Source: an uncultured Flavobacteriaceae bacterium (lineage in GTDB: Bacteria; Bacteroidota; Bacteroidia; Flavobacteriales; Flavobacteriaceae). From it: a DNA stretch of 57,487 bases. A program made the position numbers and the translations under genes. Shown one piece after another: positions 1 through 8,752 of the stretch (the first letter of the stretch is position 1; each line of letters starts with the position of its first letter). The notes under the pieces are model-generated. The model was given only the letters and a program-made list of their open reading frames with translations, ran no database searches and was not told the DNA's origin. Location: NCBI GenBank assembly GCA_965365245.1, contig CBDUAY010000001.1:1-57487 (forward strand). Direction: 5' to 3'.

Positions 1-26
1 TGCTTGCGAAAGCGATAGAAAACTAA

Positions 27-63
27 AAAATCCGAAAATGCACCAGCATTTTCAAAGGATTTT
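27..63. terminator. Inverted repeat, probable (possibly bidirectional) intrinsic terminator
   Basis: AAAATCC-GAAAATGC-acca-GCATTTTC-aaa-GGATTTT, with A/T runs on both sides; lies downstream of lacI and the repeats on the minus strand. Confidence 0.6.
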
Positions 64-67
64 GTTT

Positions 68-207
68 GAGTTCCTCCCAAACCAGGATCACCGACCGAAG
101 GGAGGTAATCATTGGGAGTCCATCCCAAACCAGGATCACCGACCGAAGGGAGGTAATCATGGGGAGTTCCTCCCAAACCAGGATCACCGACCGAAGGGAG
201 GTAATCC
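68..207. repeat. Three tandem 48-bp direct repeats, each with an internal hairpin (REP-like)
   Basis: Units 68-115, 116-163 and 164-207 (partial); shared core TCCCAAACCAGGATCACCGACCGAAGGGAGGTAATC identical in all three. Confidence 0.95.
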
Positions 208-1233
208 TCACCCCGTTGTCTCGCGTTCAATCAGCTTCGTTTCTAGCTCAATGCTTTTAAAAATCGGTTTCTTCCCTTTTTTAAGGGTTTCTATTTCAAT
301 GAATAACTGATCAAAAGCCGTTTCACCCATACGAAATCCGGGCTGATCAATTGTAGTGAGAGATGGAGATATGACAGATGACATGAACCAGTTGCTGAAT
401 CCCACGATTTTCATATCCTCCGGAACTCTGATGCCTTGTTTTTTAAATTCTGTGAGAGCTCCGATGGCAACGAGGTCCGTATTGATGAAAACACCATCTA
501 CATCTTTGTGATCTTCAAGCAACTTTCTTGCGTTTTCCTTTCCTTCTTCGAAACTGCGATCCCCGCATTCACACAGATAAACCAGTGAAGGGTCAAACTC
601 AAGGCCATGATCCAACAAGGCTTTTCTATATCCCAAAAAGCGATCTATTGAATTGAGCGGGGTTAGAGCGCCTCGAAAGTGGGCGATGCGTTTGCATCCT
701 TTATCAATTAAATGTGCAGTCGCTTCATACGCCGCTTTCCTGTCATCAATGATTACTTTGGAACAGTCAATGCGCTTCGAGACTTTGTCAAACATGATAA
801 GAGGTGTTTTTTGATCCAAAACCTCTTTGATGTGGTTGCATTGGTCCGTATCATTGGCCAAAGAAATCATGATCCCGTCTACGCGCTGATCGAGTAGCAG
901 CTGAATCTGTTTTTTTTCCATTTCATGGGATTCATCTGATTGCAGAATAATAACCAGATATCCTCTTTGTTCTGCCCGTGACACAATGCCCTTGATGACA
1001 TTGGAAAAAAAATGATGCACGATCTCCGGAATTATTAGTCCTACGGTCTTTGACTCGTTGGTTCGAAGATTTACTGCCAGCGTATTCGGCTTGTAGTTCA
1101 GACTTTTTGCAAGTTCTCTGACCTGCTTTTTGGTTTCCGTTCCTATATCCGGGTAATCCTTCAAAGCCTTAGAAACGGTCGATACCGATAGGTTCAATCG
1201 AGCTGCTAATTCTTTGAGGGTAACAGGTTTCAT
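208..1233 (-). CDS. LacI-family transcriptional regulator
   Basis: N-terminal HTH TLKELAARLNLSVSTVSKAL, YKPN hinge, periplasmic-binding-protein-like C-domain ending PSLTTIDQP...LIERET; ATG at 1233; divergent from sugar operon. Confidence 0.95.
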   Translation of the reverse strand: MKPVTLKELAARLNLSVSTVSKALKDYPDIGTETKKQVRELAKSLNYKPNTLAVNLRTNESKTVGLIIPEIVHHFFSNVIKGIVSRAEQRGYLVIILQSDESHEMEKKQIQLLLDQRVDGIMISLANDTDQCNHIKEVLDQKTPLIMFDKVSKRIDCSKVIIDDRKAAYEATAHLIDKGCKRIAHFRGALTPLNSIDRFLGYRKALLDHGLEFDPSLVYLCECGDRSFEEGKENARKLLEDHKDVDGVFINTDLVAIGALTEFKKQGIRVPEDMKIVGFSNWFMSSVISPSLTTIDQPGFRMGETAFDQLFIEIETLKKGKKPIFKSIELETKLIERETTG

Positions 1234-1263
1234 CAAAACTTCTTTTGATAAATGTAATGAAAA

Positions 1264-1277
1264 CTAAACCGTTTTCG
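1264..1277. promoter_or_regulatory. Putative LacI operator
   Basis: CTAAACCGTTTTCG, 12/14 match to the palindrome CGAAAACGTTTTCG with central CG typical of LacI-family sites; between lacI and the MFS gene. Confidence 0.5.
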
Positions 1278-1380
1278 TAAGAATTATGGGCGATTTTCAA
1301 AAAGAAAAACTGCAATCCGATACTGATAATTGTACATTGCCAATCAGTTCTAGAAGGTTTCGAACAATTGATCAGAATTT

Positions 1381-2712
1381 ATGAAAAGTCAATTGCAAAA
1401 GGTTAAACTCAGTTTTTGGCAAATTTGGAACATGAATGTCGGGTTTTTTGGCATTCAATACAGTTTCGGTTTGCAACAGAGTGCCGTTAATCCCATTTAC
1501 GACTTTTTAGGAGCTTCCCCCGATGAAATCCCCCTTTTGAATCTTGCAGGCCCGGTGACGGGCCTCCTGGTTCAACCTGTTATCGGTGCAATGAGTGACA
1601 GGACATGGCATCCCGTCTTTGGTCGGCGTAAACCTTATTTCTTTATTGGAGCCTTAATATGCAGCATCTGCCTGCTCGTTTACCCTTTCAGTAGTTCGCT
1701 TTGGATGGCTGCTGGTCTGCTCTGGGTGCTGGATGCCGGGAACAACACCGCTATGGAACCGTATCGGGCCTTTATTGCCGATAATTTATTGGAGGAACAG
1801 CAACCGATGGGTTTTCAGATGCAGAGTTTTTTCACAGGACTTGGTCAGACCCTGGCCAATCTCTCTTTATTTATTTTTCCGATGATTTTCATAGGTAAAA
1901 CTGGGTCTTTGCCTACCTGGGTCTACGCGTCTTTTTTCCTGGGTTCAGTGTGTTCGATAGTATCGATTCTATGGACCCTTAAAACAACTAAAGAGATTCC
2001 TCCCACAGATGAGGAATTGAGAAAAATTCGAGAAGAGAAATCAGGGTTTTTTCAACCTTTGTTTGAGATATTTTCTGCCATCAAAGACATGCCTAAAGTC
2101 ATGTGGCAACTCGCCCTGGTATACCTTTTTCAATGGTACGCGCTCTTCTGTTATTGGCAAAACTCTTCCAAGAGCATTGCTCTTTCAGTTTGGAATGCGA
2201 CGCCTCAAAGTGATCCTCAGGGATATGAAAATGCTGTGAGTTGGACGGGTCTGGTCAACGGCTGGTACAATATTGTGACTTTTCTGGTCGCATTCATCCT
2301 GGTGGGATATGCCAAAAAATTCGGGGCGAAAAAGGTTCATGCCCTGTGTTTGCTGATAGCCGCTTTGGGTTTTCTGGCCTTTCCTCAAATTGAAAACAAG
2401 AACCTCCTGTTTTTCGCTATCACGGGGTTTGGCATCGGATGGGCCAGTATGATGGGTATCCCCTATCTCATGGTTGTAGCTGAGATTCCCAAAGAACGTT
2501 ACGGTGTGTATATGGGCATTATCAACATGATGATTGTTATTCCAATGATTTTTCAAAACCTTTCTTTCGGATTTATACTCAAGAACTTCCTCGACAATGA
2601 TCCCCGGCAGGCAATTACCTTCGCAGGGGTCCTTTTATTGCTTGGAGCTTTATTTACGTTGAATATCCGCGTCAAAAAGAGTGCGGGAGAAGAAACCCAG
2701 TTAGAGCCATGA
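1381..2712 (+). CDS. MFS/GPH-type disaccharide (sucrose/maltose-like) transporter
   Basis: IWNMNVGFFGIQY start, GAMSDRT...GRRKPY loop motif, ~12 hydrophobic segments. Confidence 0.9.
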   Translation: MKSQLQKVKLSFWQIWNMNVGFFGIQYSFGLQQSAVNPIYDFLGASPDEIPLLNLAGPVTGLLVQPVIGAMSDRTWHPVFGRRKPYFFIGALICSICLLVYPFSSSLWMAAGLLWVLDAGNNTAMEPYRAFIADNLLEEQQPMGFQMQSFFTGLGQTLANLSLFIFPMIFIGKTGSLPTWVYASFFLGSVCSIVSILWTLKTTKEIPPTDEELRKIREEKSGFFQPLFEIFSAIKDMPKVMWQLALVYLFQWYALFCYWQNSSKSIALSVWNATPQSDPQGYENAVSWTGLVNGWYNIVTFLVAFILVGYAKKFGAKKVHALCLLIAALGFLAFPQIENKNLLFFAITGFGIGWASMMGIPYLMVVAEIPKERYGVYMGIINMMIVIPMIFQNLSFGFILKNFLDNDPRQAITFAGVLLLLGALFTLNIRVKKSAGEETQLEP

Positions 2713-3647
2713 ACTCTGAGAAACGGGAAATAGACGTATTGTGCGTTGGAGAAACTCTGATTGATTTCATTGGAAGACAGAGTGGCATGTCACTGGCAGA
2801 CACAAGTGAATTTCAAAGATTCCTTGGCGGTTCGCCAACAAATGTCGCTGTCAACTCTTCTCGACTGGGATTAAAAACGGCGCTTGTAGCTTCCATAGGT
2901 GACGATGGCTTTGGCAAGTTCATTTTGAACCGCCTTAACGTCGAGAAAGTTGGAACAGATTTTTTAAAAGTTACGCCCAAATCGAGCACCTCTGCCATCT
3001 TTATATCTCGTACCGACGGCACACCTGAATTTGTGCCTTTTCGGGCAGCAGACTTTCAAATCGAGGAAGGACAAATACAAAAAGAGACCCTGTCAAACAC
3101 CAAGGTATTTCATACAACATGTTTCGCTCTTAGCCGTGAACCCGCTCGTTCGACGATTTTAAAGAAAGCAGAAGAGGCTTTTCATGCAGGTTGCCAGTTG
3201 AGCATGGATGTCAATTATGCCCGTAAACTATGGGAAAACCGCGAAGCAGCGTTAGAAGCGATTGAGTCCTACTGCCGTTTTGACCCTCTCATCAAGGTCA
3301 GTGAAGACGATATGAATCGCCTGTTTGAACGAGAAATTTCTCATGCTGAAATTTTTCAGTTCTTTCACAAAGCCGGTGTGAAGACGGTTTGCCTCACGCT
3401 GGGACGAAAAGGTGTAAAACTCGCGTTGAATGGAATAGAAGAGCTTCACAGATCAGCTTTGAAAGTCGAAAACATACAGGATGCAACTGGAGCAGGCGAT
3501 GCTTTTTGGTCGGGTTTCCTTTACGCCTATATCAATAAGAAATCTCTTGAAAAATCCATTGAGGTTGGCCAGCAATTAGCAGCCCTTAAACTTCAGAATA
3601 TTGGGAGGTTGCCGGAAAATATCACGAATGTTTCCAGGTTTGAATAA
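2709..3647 (+). CDS. PfkB-family carbohydrate kinase
   Basis: GGSPTNVA and DATGAGDAF PfkB signatures; ATGA overlap with transporter. Confidence 0.93.
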   Translation: MNSEKREIDVLCVGETLIDFIGRQSGMSLADTSEFQRFLGGSPTNVAVNSSRLGLKTALVASIGDDGFGKFILNRLNVEKVGTDFLKVTPKSSTSAIFISRTDGTPEFVPFRAADFQIEEGQIQKETLSNTKVFHTTCFALSREPARSTILKKAEEAFHAGCQLSMDVNYARKLWENREAALEAIESYCRFDPLIKVSEDDMNRLFEREISHAEIFQFFHKAGVKTVCLTLGRKGVKLALNGIEELHRSALKVENIQDATGAGDAFWSGFLYAYINKKSLEKSIEVGQQLAALKLQNIGRLPENITNVSRFE

Positions 3648-3665
3648 CTTTGACTCTCTCAAGCA

Positions 3666-5255
3666 ATGGAGATGAACAAATACAAACTGCCAAAAGGTGT
3701 AATTCTGAACCTTTATCCTGATAGTTTGGGGAGTTGCTTGCATGATCTAGTTACGCTTTTGTCGGGAAAGCAGTTCAAAGATGCGTTTTCCATAGTTTAT
3801 CTTCTGCCAACCTTTTTTCACAGTGACCTGGACCGGGGCTTTTCAATCATAGACTACGACCTGAACGAGGAATTGGTCAAAGAACTGGATCTCGATCAAT
3901 TGAAAAGAAATGAGGTAGGTCTCAAATTGGACATTGTTTTGAATCACCTGTCTGTGGCTTCACCTCAATTCAGTGATCTACTTGAAAAGGGTGAGAAGTC
4001 AGTATACAAGGATTTTTTCATCAATTGGAATGCTTTTTGGCAAGGACATGGGGAAATGGGTGAAGACGGGATCTTAATACCCAGACAGAAATACCTCGAC
4101 AAACTATTCATGAGAAAACCAGGGCTTCCAGTATTGCAGGTTCCCTTCCCCGATGGATCAATTCAACCCTACTGGAATACTTTTTACCAGGAAATTCGGA
4201 CGATTGAAAATGACTCTCAAAATGGAGAACAGGTTTTTTTGGGTCAGATGGATGTCAATGCACGGTCAGAGGCAGTTTGGAATTTTTATGATGAGACCTT
4301 GGACAAACTCAGAGACTATGGTAGCAAAATAGTGCGCCTGGATGCATTTGCCTATCTTCACAAGGAAGTCGGAGAAGTTAACTTCTTCAATAAGCCAGGA
4401 ACATGGGAGTATTTGGATCGATTGCGGAAAATGGCCGATGAAAAGGGTTTGCTTCTACTTCCTGAGATCCACGCTGAGTACGGTTCAGGCCTGCATCGTG
4501 AAATTTCAGATCGAGGGTACATGATCTACGATTTCTTTATGCCCGGACTATTGCTGCATACTCTTGAACACCGAGATAAAACTGCACTCGTGAGATGGGG
4601 ACAGGAAATCGTTGAGAACGAGTACAGAACAGTTAACATGTTGGGTTGTCATGACGGTATACCTGTACTCGACTTAAAAGGCAAGGAAGTCGACGGGATT
4701 TATCGAAAGGGTCTTTTGACGGATTCTCAAATCGATCAATTGATTGATCAAGTTCTCGAACGAGGTGGAAAAGTCAAGAACATATTTGATCCGTCAGGGA
4801 ATAAAATTTCGTACTACCAGGTCAACGCCACATTTTTCAGTGCCCTGGGTGAAGATCCACGAAAATTGCTCCTGGCGAGGGCCATTCAGCTTTTCATGCC
4901 CGGTACACCGCAAATATGGTACCTGGATTTGTTTGCAGGCAAAAATGACTACGAAGCTGTTGAAAGATTTGGTGCCGGAGGACACAAGGAGATCAACAGA
5001 ACAGACTTAAGCCTCGATCAAATAGAATCGCTCATAGATCTGGATGTTGTTCAATTGCAACTTGAAATGATCAAGCTCCGAAACACTTGCACAGCTTTTG
5101 ATGGAAAGGTCGTCTTCGAAGAGTCATTGAATGATGAAATCCGCATAAGCTGGGCAAACGAGCATGAATCTGCAAGTCTATTCGTTAATTTAAATTCTCT
5201 GGAACTGGTGATTAAGCATCTTTCAGAGAACGGTGAATATCTTCTGGAGCTTTAA
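3666..5255 (+). CDS. GH13_18 glycoside phosphorylase, probably sucrose 6F-phosphate phosphorylase
   Basis: DIVLNH, VRLDAFAY (nucleophile), LPEIH (acid/base), CHDGI, KISYYQVN loop, PGTPQIWY. Confidence 0.85.
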   Translation: MEMNKYKLPKGVILNLYPDSLGSCLHDLVTLLSGKQFKDAFSIVYLLPTFFHSDLDRGFSIIDYDLNEELVKELDLDQLKRNEVGLKLDIVLNHLSVASPQFSDLLEKGEKSVYKDFFINWNAFWQGHGEMGEDGILIPRQKYLDKLFMRKPGLPVLQVPFPDGSIQPYWNTFYQEIRTIENDSQNGEQVFLGQMDVNARSEAVWNFYDETLDKLRDYGSKIVRLDAFAYLHKEVGEVNFFNKPGTWEYLDRLRKMADEKGLLLLPEIHAEYGSGLHREISDRGYMIYDFFMPGLLLHTLEHRDKTALVRWGQEIVENEYRTVNMLGCHDGIPVLDLKGKEVDGIYRKGLLTDSQIDQLIDQVLERGGKVKNIFDPSGNKISYYQVNATFFSALGEDPRKLLLARAIQLFMPGTPQIWYLDLFAGKNDYEAVERFGAGGHKEINRTDLSLDQIESLIDLDVVQLQLEMIKLRNTCTAFDGKVVFEESLNDEIRISWANEHESASLFVNLNSLELVIKHLSENGEYLLEL

Positions 5256-5301
5256 AAAAACACTCTTAAATTTTTATCTCCCCATCGATATCAAAGTTTT
5301 A

Positions 5302-5360
5302 ACAAATATTTGTCTAACTTTATTTTTTTAAAGTTGAACATTTTGTATTTTTGTACAAAA
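5302..5360 (+). promoter_or_regulatory. Promoter -7 box with overlapping palindromes upstream of the TetR gene
   Basis: TATTTTTG 5346-5353; palindromes ACAAATATTTGT 5302-5313, AACTTTA-n6-TAAAGTT 5316-5335, TTTTGTACAAAA 5349-5360. Confidence 0.55.
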
Positions 5361-5368
5361 TCTTAATT

Positions 5369-6025
5369 ATGGCACCCAAGAAAAAAATCAAGGCTGACGA
5401 TATCATAAGCCTCTACATGGATTACTACCTGGAAAACGGGGAAGCTCCAAAATCGGTTTATCATTTTGCGAAAGTGAACAATTTTGAAGAAAAGGACTTT
5501 TATCAGTTTTTCGGATCTTTTGAAGCGATTGACAATTATGTCTTCAAGGCCTTCTTCGATCAAACAGTCAAACTCCTTGAGAAGAGTGAGGAGTATGCCA
5601 CTTTCGATCCTCGAAACAAGTTACTCAGTTTCTATTTCACCTATTTTGAACTCCTTACAGCGAACAGGAGCTTTGTGCTGTCCATTCTCGATAATGGAGA
5701 CCCATCGATGAAATCCCTGAGGGTTTTGCGTGAGTTGCGCACAGCTTTCACTGAGTACATCGCCGAGCTTGAGATAGAAACCCTGGATTTAAAGGAGGAG
5801 AAACTTGAAAAACTGAAGGACAAATCTCTGAAGGAATCTTCCTGGACCCAGTTCCTGGTCACTTTGAAATTCTGGATGGAAGATTCATCGGCAGGTTTTG
5901 AAAAAACAGACATGTTCATCGAAAAGTCTGTAAACACCGGGTTTGATCTTCTGGACGTGAAGCCTTTGAAGAGCATACTTGATTTTGGCAAATTCCTGTT
6001 CAAGGAAAAAATTCAAATGAAATAA
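5369..6025 (+). CDS. TetR-like regulator (Bacteroidota type)
   Basis: PKSVYHFAK...FYQFFGSF HTH-like region, C-terminal KTDMFIEKSV..FDL; ATG at 5369 preferred over TTG at 5351. Confidence 0.75.
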   Translation: MAPKKKIKADDIISLYMDYYLENGEAPKSVYHFAKVNNFEEKDFYQFFGSFEAIDNYVFKAFFDQTVKLLEKSEEYATFDPRNKLLSFYFTYFELLTANRSFVLSILDNGDPSMKSLRVLRELRTAFTEYIAELEIETLDLKEEKLEKLKDKSLKESSWTQFLVTLKFWMEDSSAGFEKTDMFIEKSVNTGFDLLDVKPLKSILDFGKFLFKEKIQMK

Positions 6026-7338
6026 TGAAATCAATCGACAAGATTCCAATTTCCAAGATCCACAGAGCGTCAAACCTGGTTCAAACAGGTGCGAAGGTTG
6101 GTGTGAATTATATCAAATACTACGGTGATAAAATCCTTAGCAATGAGGAGCAGGCCCGGGAAAAATTGAATGAAAACAACGCGGAAGACATTTACGATGG
6201 TTTGAAAAAATTGAAGGGAAGCGCTCTGAAAGTAGCTCAGATGCTCAGTATGGAAAAGAGCATCCTTCCGAGAGCCTATGTAGATAAGTTCTCACTTTCC
6301 CAGTTTTCAGTTCCACCGCTCTCCCCCGCCCTGGTCAACCGAACTTTCAAGAAATATTTTGGAAAGCAACCCAATGAGGTATACGATTTTTTCGATCCTG
6401 CTTCCAGAAATGCTGCAAGCATCGGGCAGGTTCACTTTGCCCAAAAAGATGGGAAAGACCTTGCGGTTAAGATCCAATATCCAGGCGTGGCTCAGACTGT
6501 AGCTTCTGATTTGGCGCTGGTCAAGCCCGTTGCCATCAAAATGTTCAACATCAATGGCAAGGGTTCTGATAAGTATTTCAAGGAGGTTGAAGAAAAATTG
6601 ACCGAGGAGACGAATTATCTTCTGGAGCTTGAGCAGAGCAAAGAGATTGCTGACCGATGCAGCCACATAGAGAATCTAAGGTTTCCCAACTATTACGAGA
6701 ATCTCTCCTCTGACCGCATAATCACCATGGACTGGATGGAAGGCAAACATCTTTCGGAATACGTCCAATTTGACAATGCACAGGAGAATCTTGAAAAAAT
6801 TGGTCAGGCCCTTTGGGATTTTTACATGTACCAGATTCACACCTTGAAAAAAGTTCACGCCGATCCACATCCGGGTAATTTTCTGGTTTCAGCCGATCAT
6901 GAATTGATTGTGCTCGACTTCGGTTGCATGAAAGAGATCCCTGAAGAGTTTTATGTTCCTTATTTCGAGTTGGCCAACAGAGAGAATCTCAGCGACAAGA
7001 CATTTTTCACTGAGAAGATGTACGAGTTGGAAATCCTGAGACCAGAAGACTCGCCTGAGGAGGTAGCTTTCTTCTCGAAGATGTTCCACGAATTGCTTAC
7101 GGTTTTCACCCGGCCATTCCAACAGGAGTACTTTGACTTTTCAGACGAGAGCTTCTTCGCAGAGATAACTGCATTGGGAGAAAAATACAGTAAAGACACA
7201 GCCCTCAGAAAAATGAATGGAAACAGGGGCTCGAAGCATTTCATTTATATGAACCGAACCTTTTTCGGTTTGTACAACCTGATGTTCGACCTCAAAGCGA
7301 AACGGATTTCTGTTGGAAAATTGGCGAAAGCGGCATGA
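6025..7338 (+). CDS. ABC1/AarF/UbiB-family atypical kinase
   Basis: LKVAQMLS, AASIGQVH, AVKIQYPG, HADPHPGN, LDFG motifs. Confidence 0.93.
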   Translation: MKSIDKIPISKIHRASNLVQTGAKVGVNYIKYYGDKILSNEEQAREKLNENNAEDIYDGLKKLKGSALKVAQMLSMEKSILPRAYVDKFSLSQFSVPPLSPALVNRTFKKYFGKQPNEVYDFFDPASRNAASIGQVHFAQKDGKDLAVKIQYPGVAQTVASDLALVKPVAIKMFNINGKGSDKYFKEVEEKLTEETNYLLELEQSKEIADRCSHIENLRFPNYYENLSSDRIITMDWMEGKHLSEYVQFDNAQENLEKIGQALWDFYMYQIHTLKKVHADPHPGNFLVSADHELIVLDFGCMKEIPEEFYVPYFELANRENLSDKTFFTEKMYELEILRPEDSPEEVAFFSKMFHELLTVFTRPFQQEYFDFSDESFFAEITALGEKYSKDTALRKMNGNRGSKHFIYMNRTFFGLYNLMFDLKAKRISVGKLAKAA

Positions 7339-8003
7339 TACATTATAAACGCAGTTCCATAGACGATCTCGAAAAGATCTTCAGGATCAACCTGATCAAT
7401 TCGGCCTCAGGTTACAAATCGGCCAATCTGATCGGCACGAGAAGTGATCTCGGTGCTGCGAATCTTGCAGTTTTCAGCTCGATCATTCATATGGGTTCCA
7501 ACCCGCCTCTGTTAGGTTTTATTCTCAGACCGACCAAAGTAGCTAGACACACCTATTCGAACATTAAAGAAAATAGTTTTTATACGATCAATCACGTAGG
7601 TTACGACTTTGCCGAGCAGGCGCATCACACCTCCGCTAAATACGACTCTGATGTTTCGGAGTTTGACGTCACGGGTCTGACCGAAGAGAGTTTGAACAAT
7701 TTTCACGCGCCTTTTGTAAAGGAGTCACCGGTCAAGATGGCCATGCGATTTGTCGAGGAGCACGAGGTACGATCCAATGGAACAATCCTGGTGATTGGAG
7801 AGATTTGTGACCTTTACCTGAAAGAAGAATTGTTGGAAGAAGACGGCTTTGTGAACCTTTCAAAAGGGAAAGTCGCAAGTATTAATGGATTGGATGGCTA
7901 TTCACTGCCAGCCGAACCAAAGCGCTACGGGTATCAGCGCCCCCATGATACTCCTTCTCAGATGACCCGGGAGACACAAGGGTCGAGATTTAATTTAACC
8001 TGA
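7335..8003 (+). CDS. Flavin reductase-like (FMN-binding split-barrel) protein
   Basis: NLAVFSSIIHMGSNPP, RHTYSNIKE, APFVKES pattern; ATGA overlap with upstream gene. Confidence 0.85.
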   Translation: MIHYKRSSIDDLEKIFRINLINSASGYKSANLIGTRSDLGAANLAVFSSIIHMGSNPPLLGFILRPTKVARHTYSNIKENSFYTINHVGYDFAEQAHHTSAKYDSDVSEFDVTGLTEESLNNFHAPFVKESPVKMAMRFVEEHEVRSNGTILVIGEICDLYLKEELLEEDGFVNLSKGKVASINGLDGYSLPAEPKRYGYQRPHDTPSQMTRETQGSRFNLT

Positions 8004-8045
8004 TGCTTTGTTCCGAAATGGAGACAGCACATTAAAAAGACAATT

Positions 8046-8750
8046 ATGAACACGAATCACACAACAACATTAAACGGAAATGGCCTGGGCCTTAATGGTT
8101 TTACATTTGAGGAGATTGGAGATGACCATCTTCTCACCGGACTGGAAACGCCAATGAAAGAGGATGCCTTTGAACTCAGCGACGCTGAAAAAAAGGAACA
8201 CATTGCTTTCCTGTTTCGCGAAATCATGGAAACCCTGGGCCTCGATCTTACCGACGACTCATTGCGCGGAACCCCGATGCGCGTGGCAAAGATGTACATC
8301 GAGGAAATTTTCTCAGGTTTGGATCCCAAAAACAAGCCTAAGGTTGCTTTGTTTGACAACAAATATCAATACGACCAAATGCTGGTCGAGAAGAATATCA
8401 CTTTCTACTCTAATTGTGAGCACCACTTTGTGCCCATCATTGGGAAAGCGCATGTCGCCTACATTAGTTCCGGCAAGGTTATAGGACTATCAAAGCTCAA
8501 TCGAATCGTGCAATACTATGCCAAAAGGCCACAGGTTCAGGAAAGGCTGACCAACCAGATTGCCAAAGAGCTTCAAACCGTTTTGGGCACAGATGACGTT
8601 GCTGTAATTATTGACGCCAAGCATCTCTGTGTTTCCTCAAGGGGGATCAAAGATGATACTTCAAGCACGACTACCGCTTTTTACGGAGGCGAGTTCAAGG
8701 ATCCAAACAAGATCGCAGAGCTCCAAAACTACATTGCAAATAACAGCTGA
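8046..8750 (+). CDS. folE: GTP cyclohydrolase I
   Basis: [39 protein letters not shown]. Confidence 0.97.
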   Translation: MNTNHTTTLNGNGLGLNGFTFEEIGDDHLLTGLETPMKEDAFELSDAEKKEHIAFLFREIMETLGLDLTDDSLRGTPMRVAKMYIEEIFSGLDPKNKPKVALFDNKYQYDQMLVEKNITFYSNCEHHFVPIIGKAHVAYISSGKVIGLSKLNRIVQYYAKRPQVQERLTNQIAKELQTVLGTDDVAVIIDAKHLCVSSRGIKDDTSSTTTAFYGGEFKDPNKIAELQNYIANNS

Positions 8751-8752
8751 TC

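Noticed and set aside
68-207. CRISPR array
   Set aside because: Units are near-identical over their full 48 bp, so there are no unique spacers; no cas genes in the window.
23-310. ORFs 23..211(-), 38..310(+), 66..260(+) with 16-aa repeats
   Set aside because: A 48-bp period keeps several frames open by construction. The minus ORF does overlap the lacI stop (GTGA), but there is no other sign of translation.
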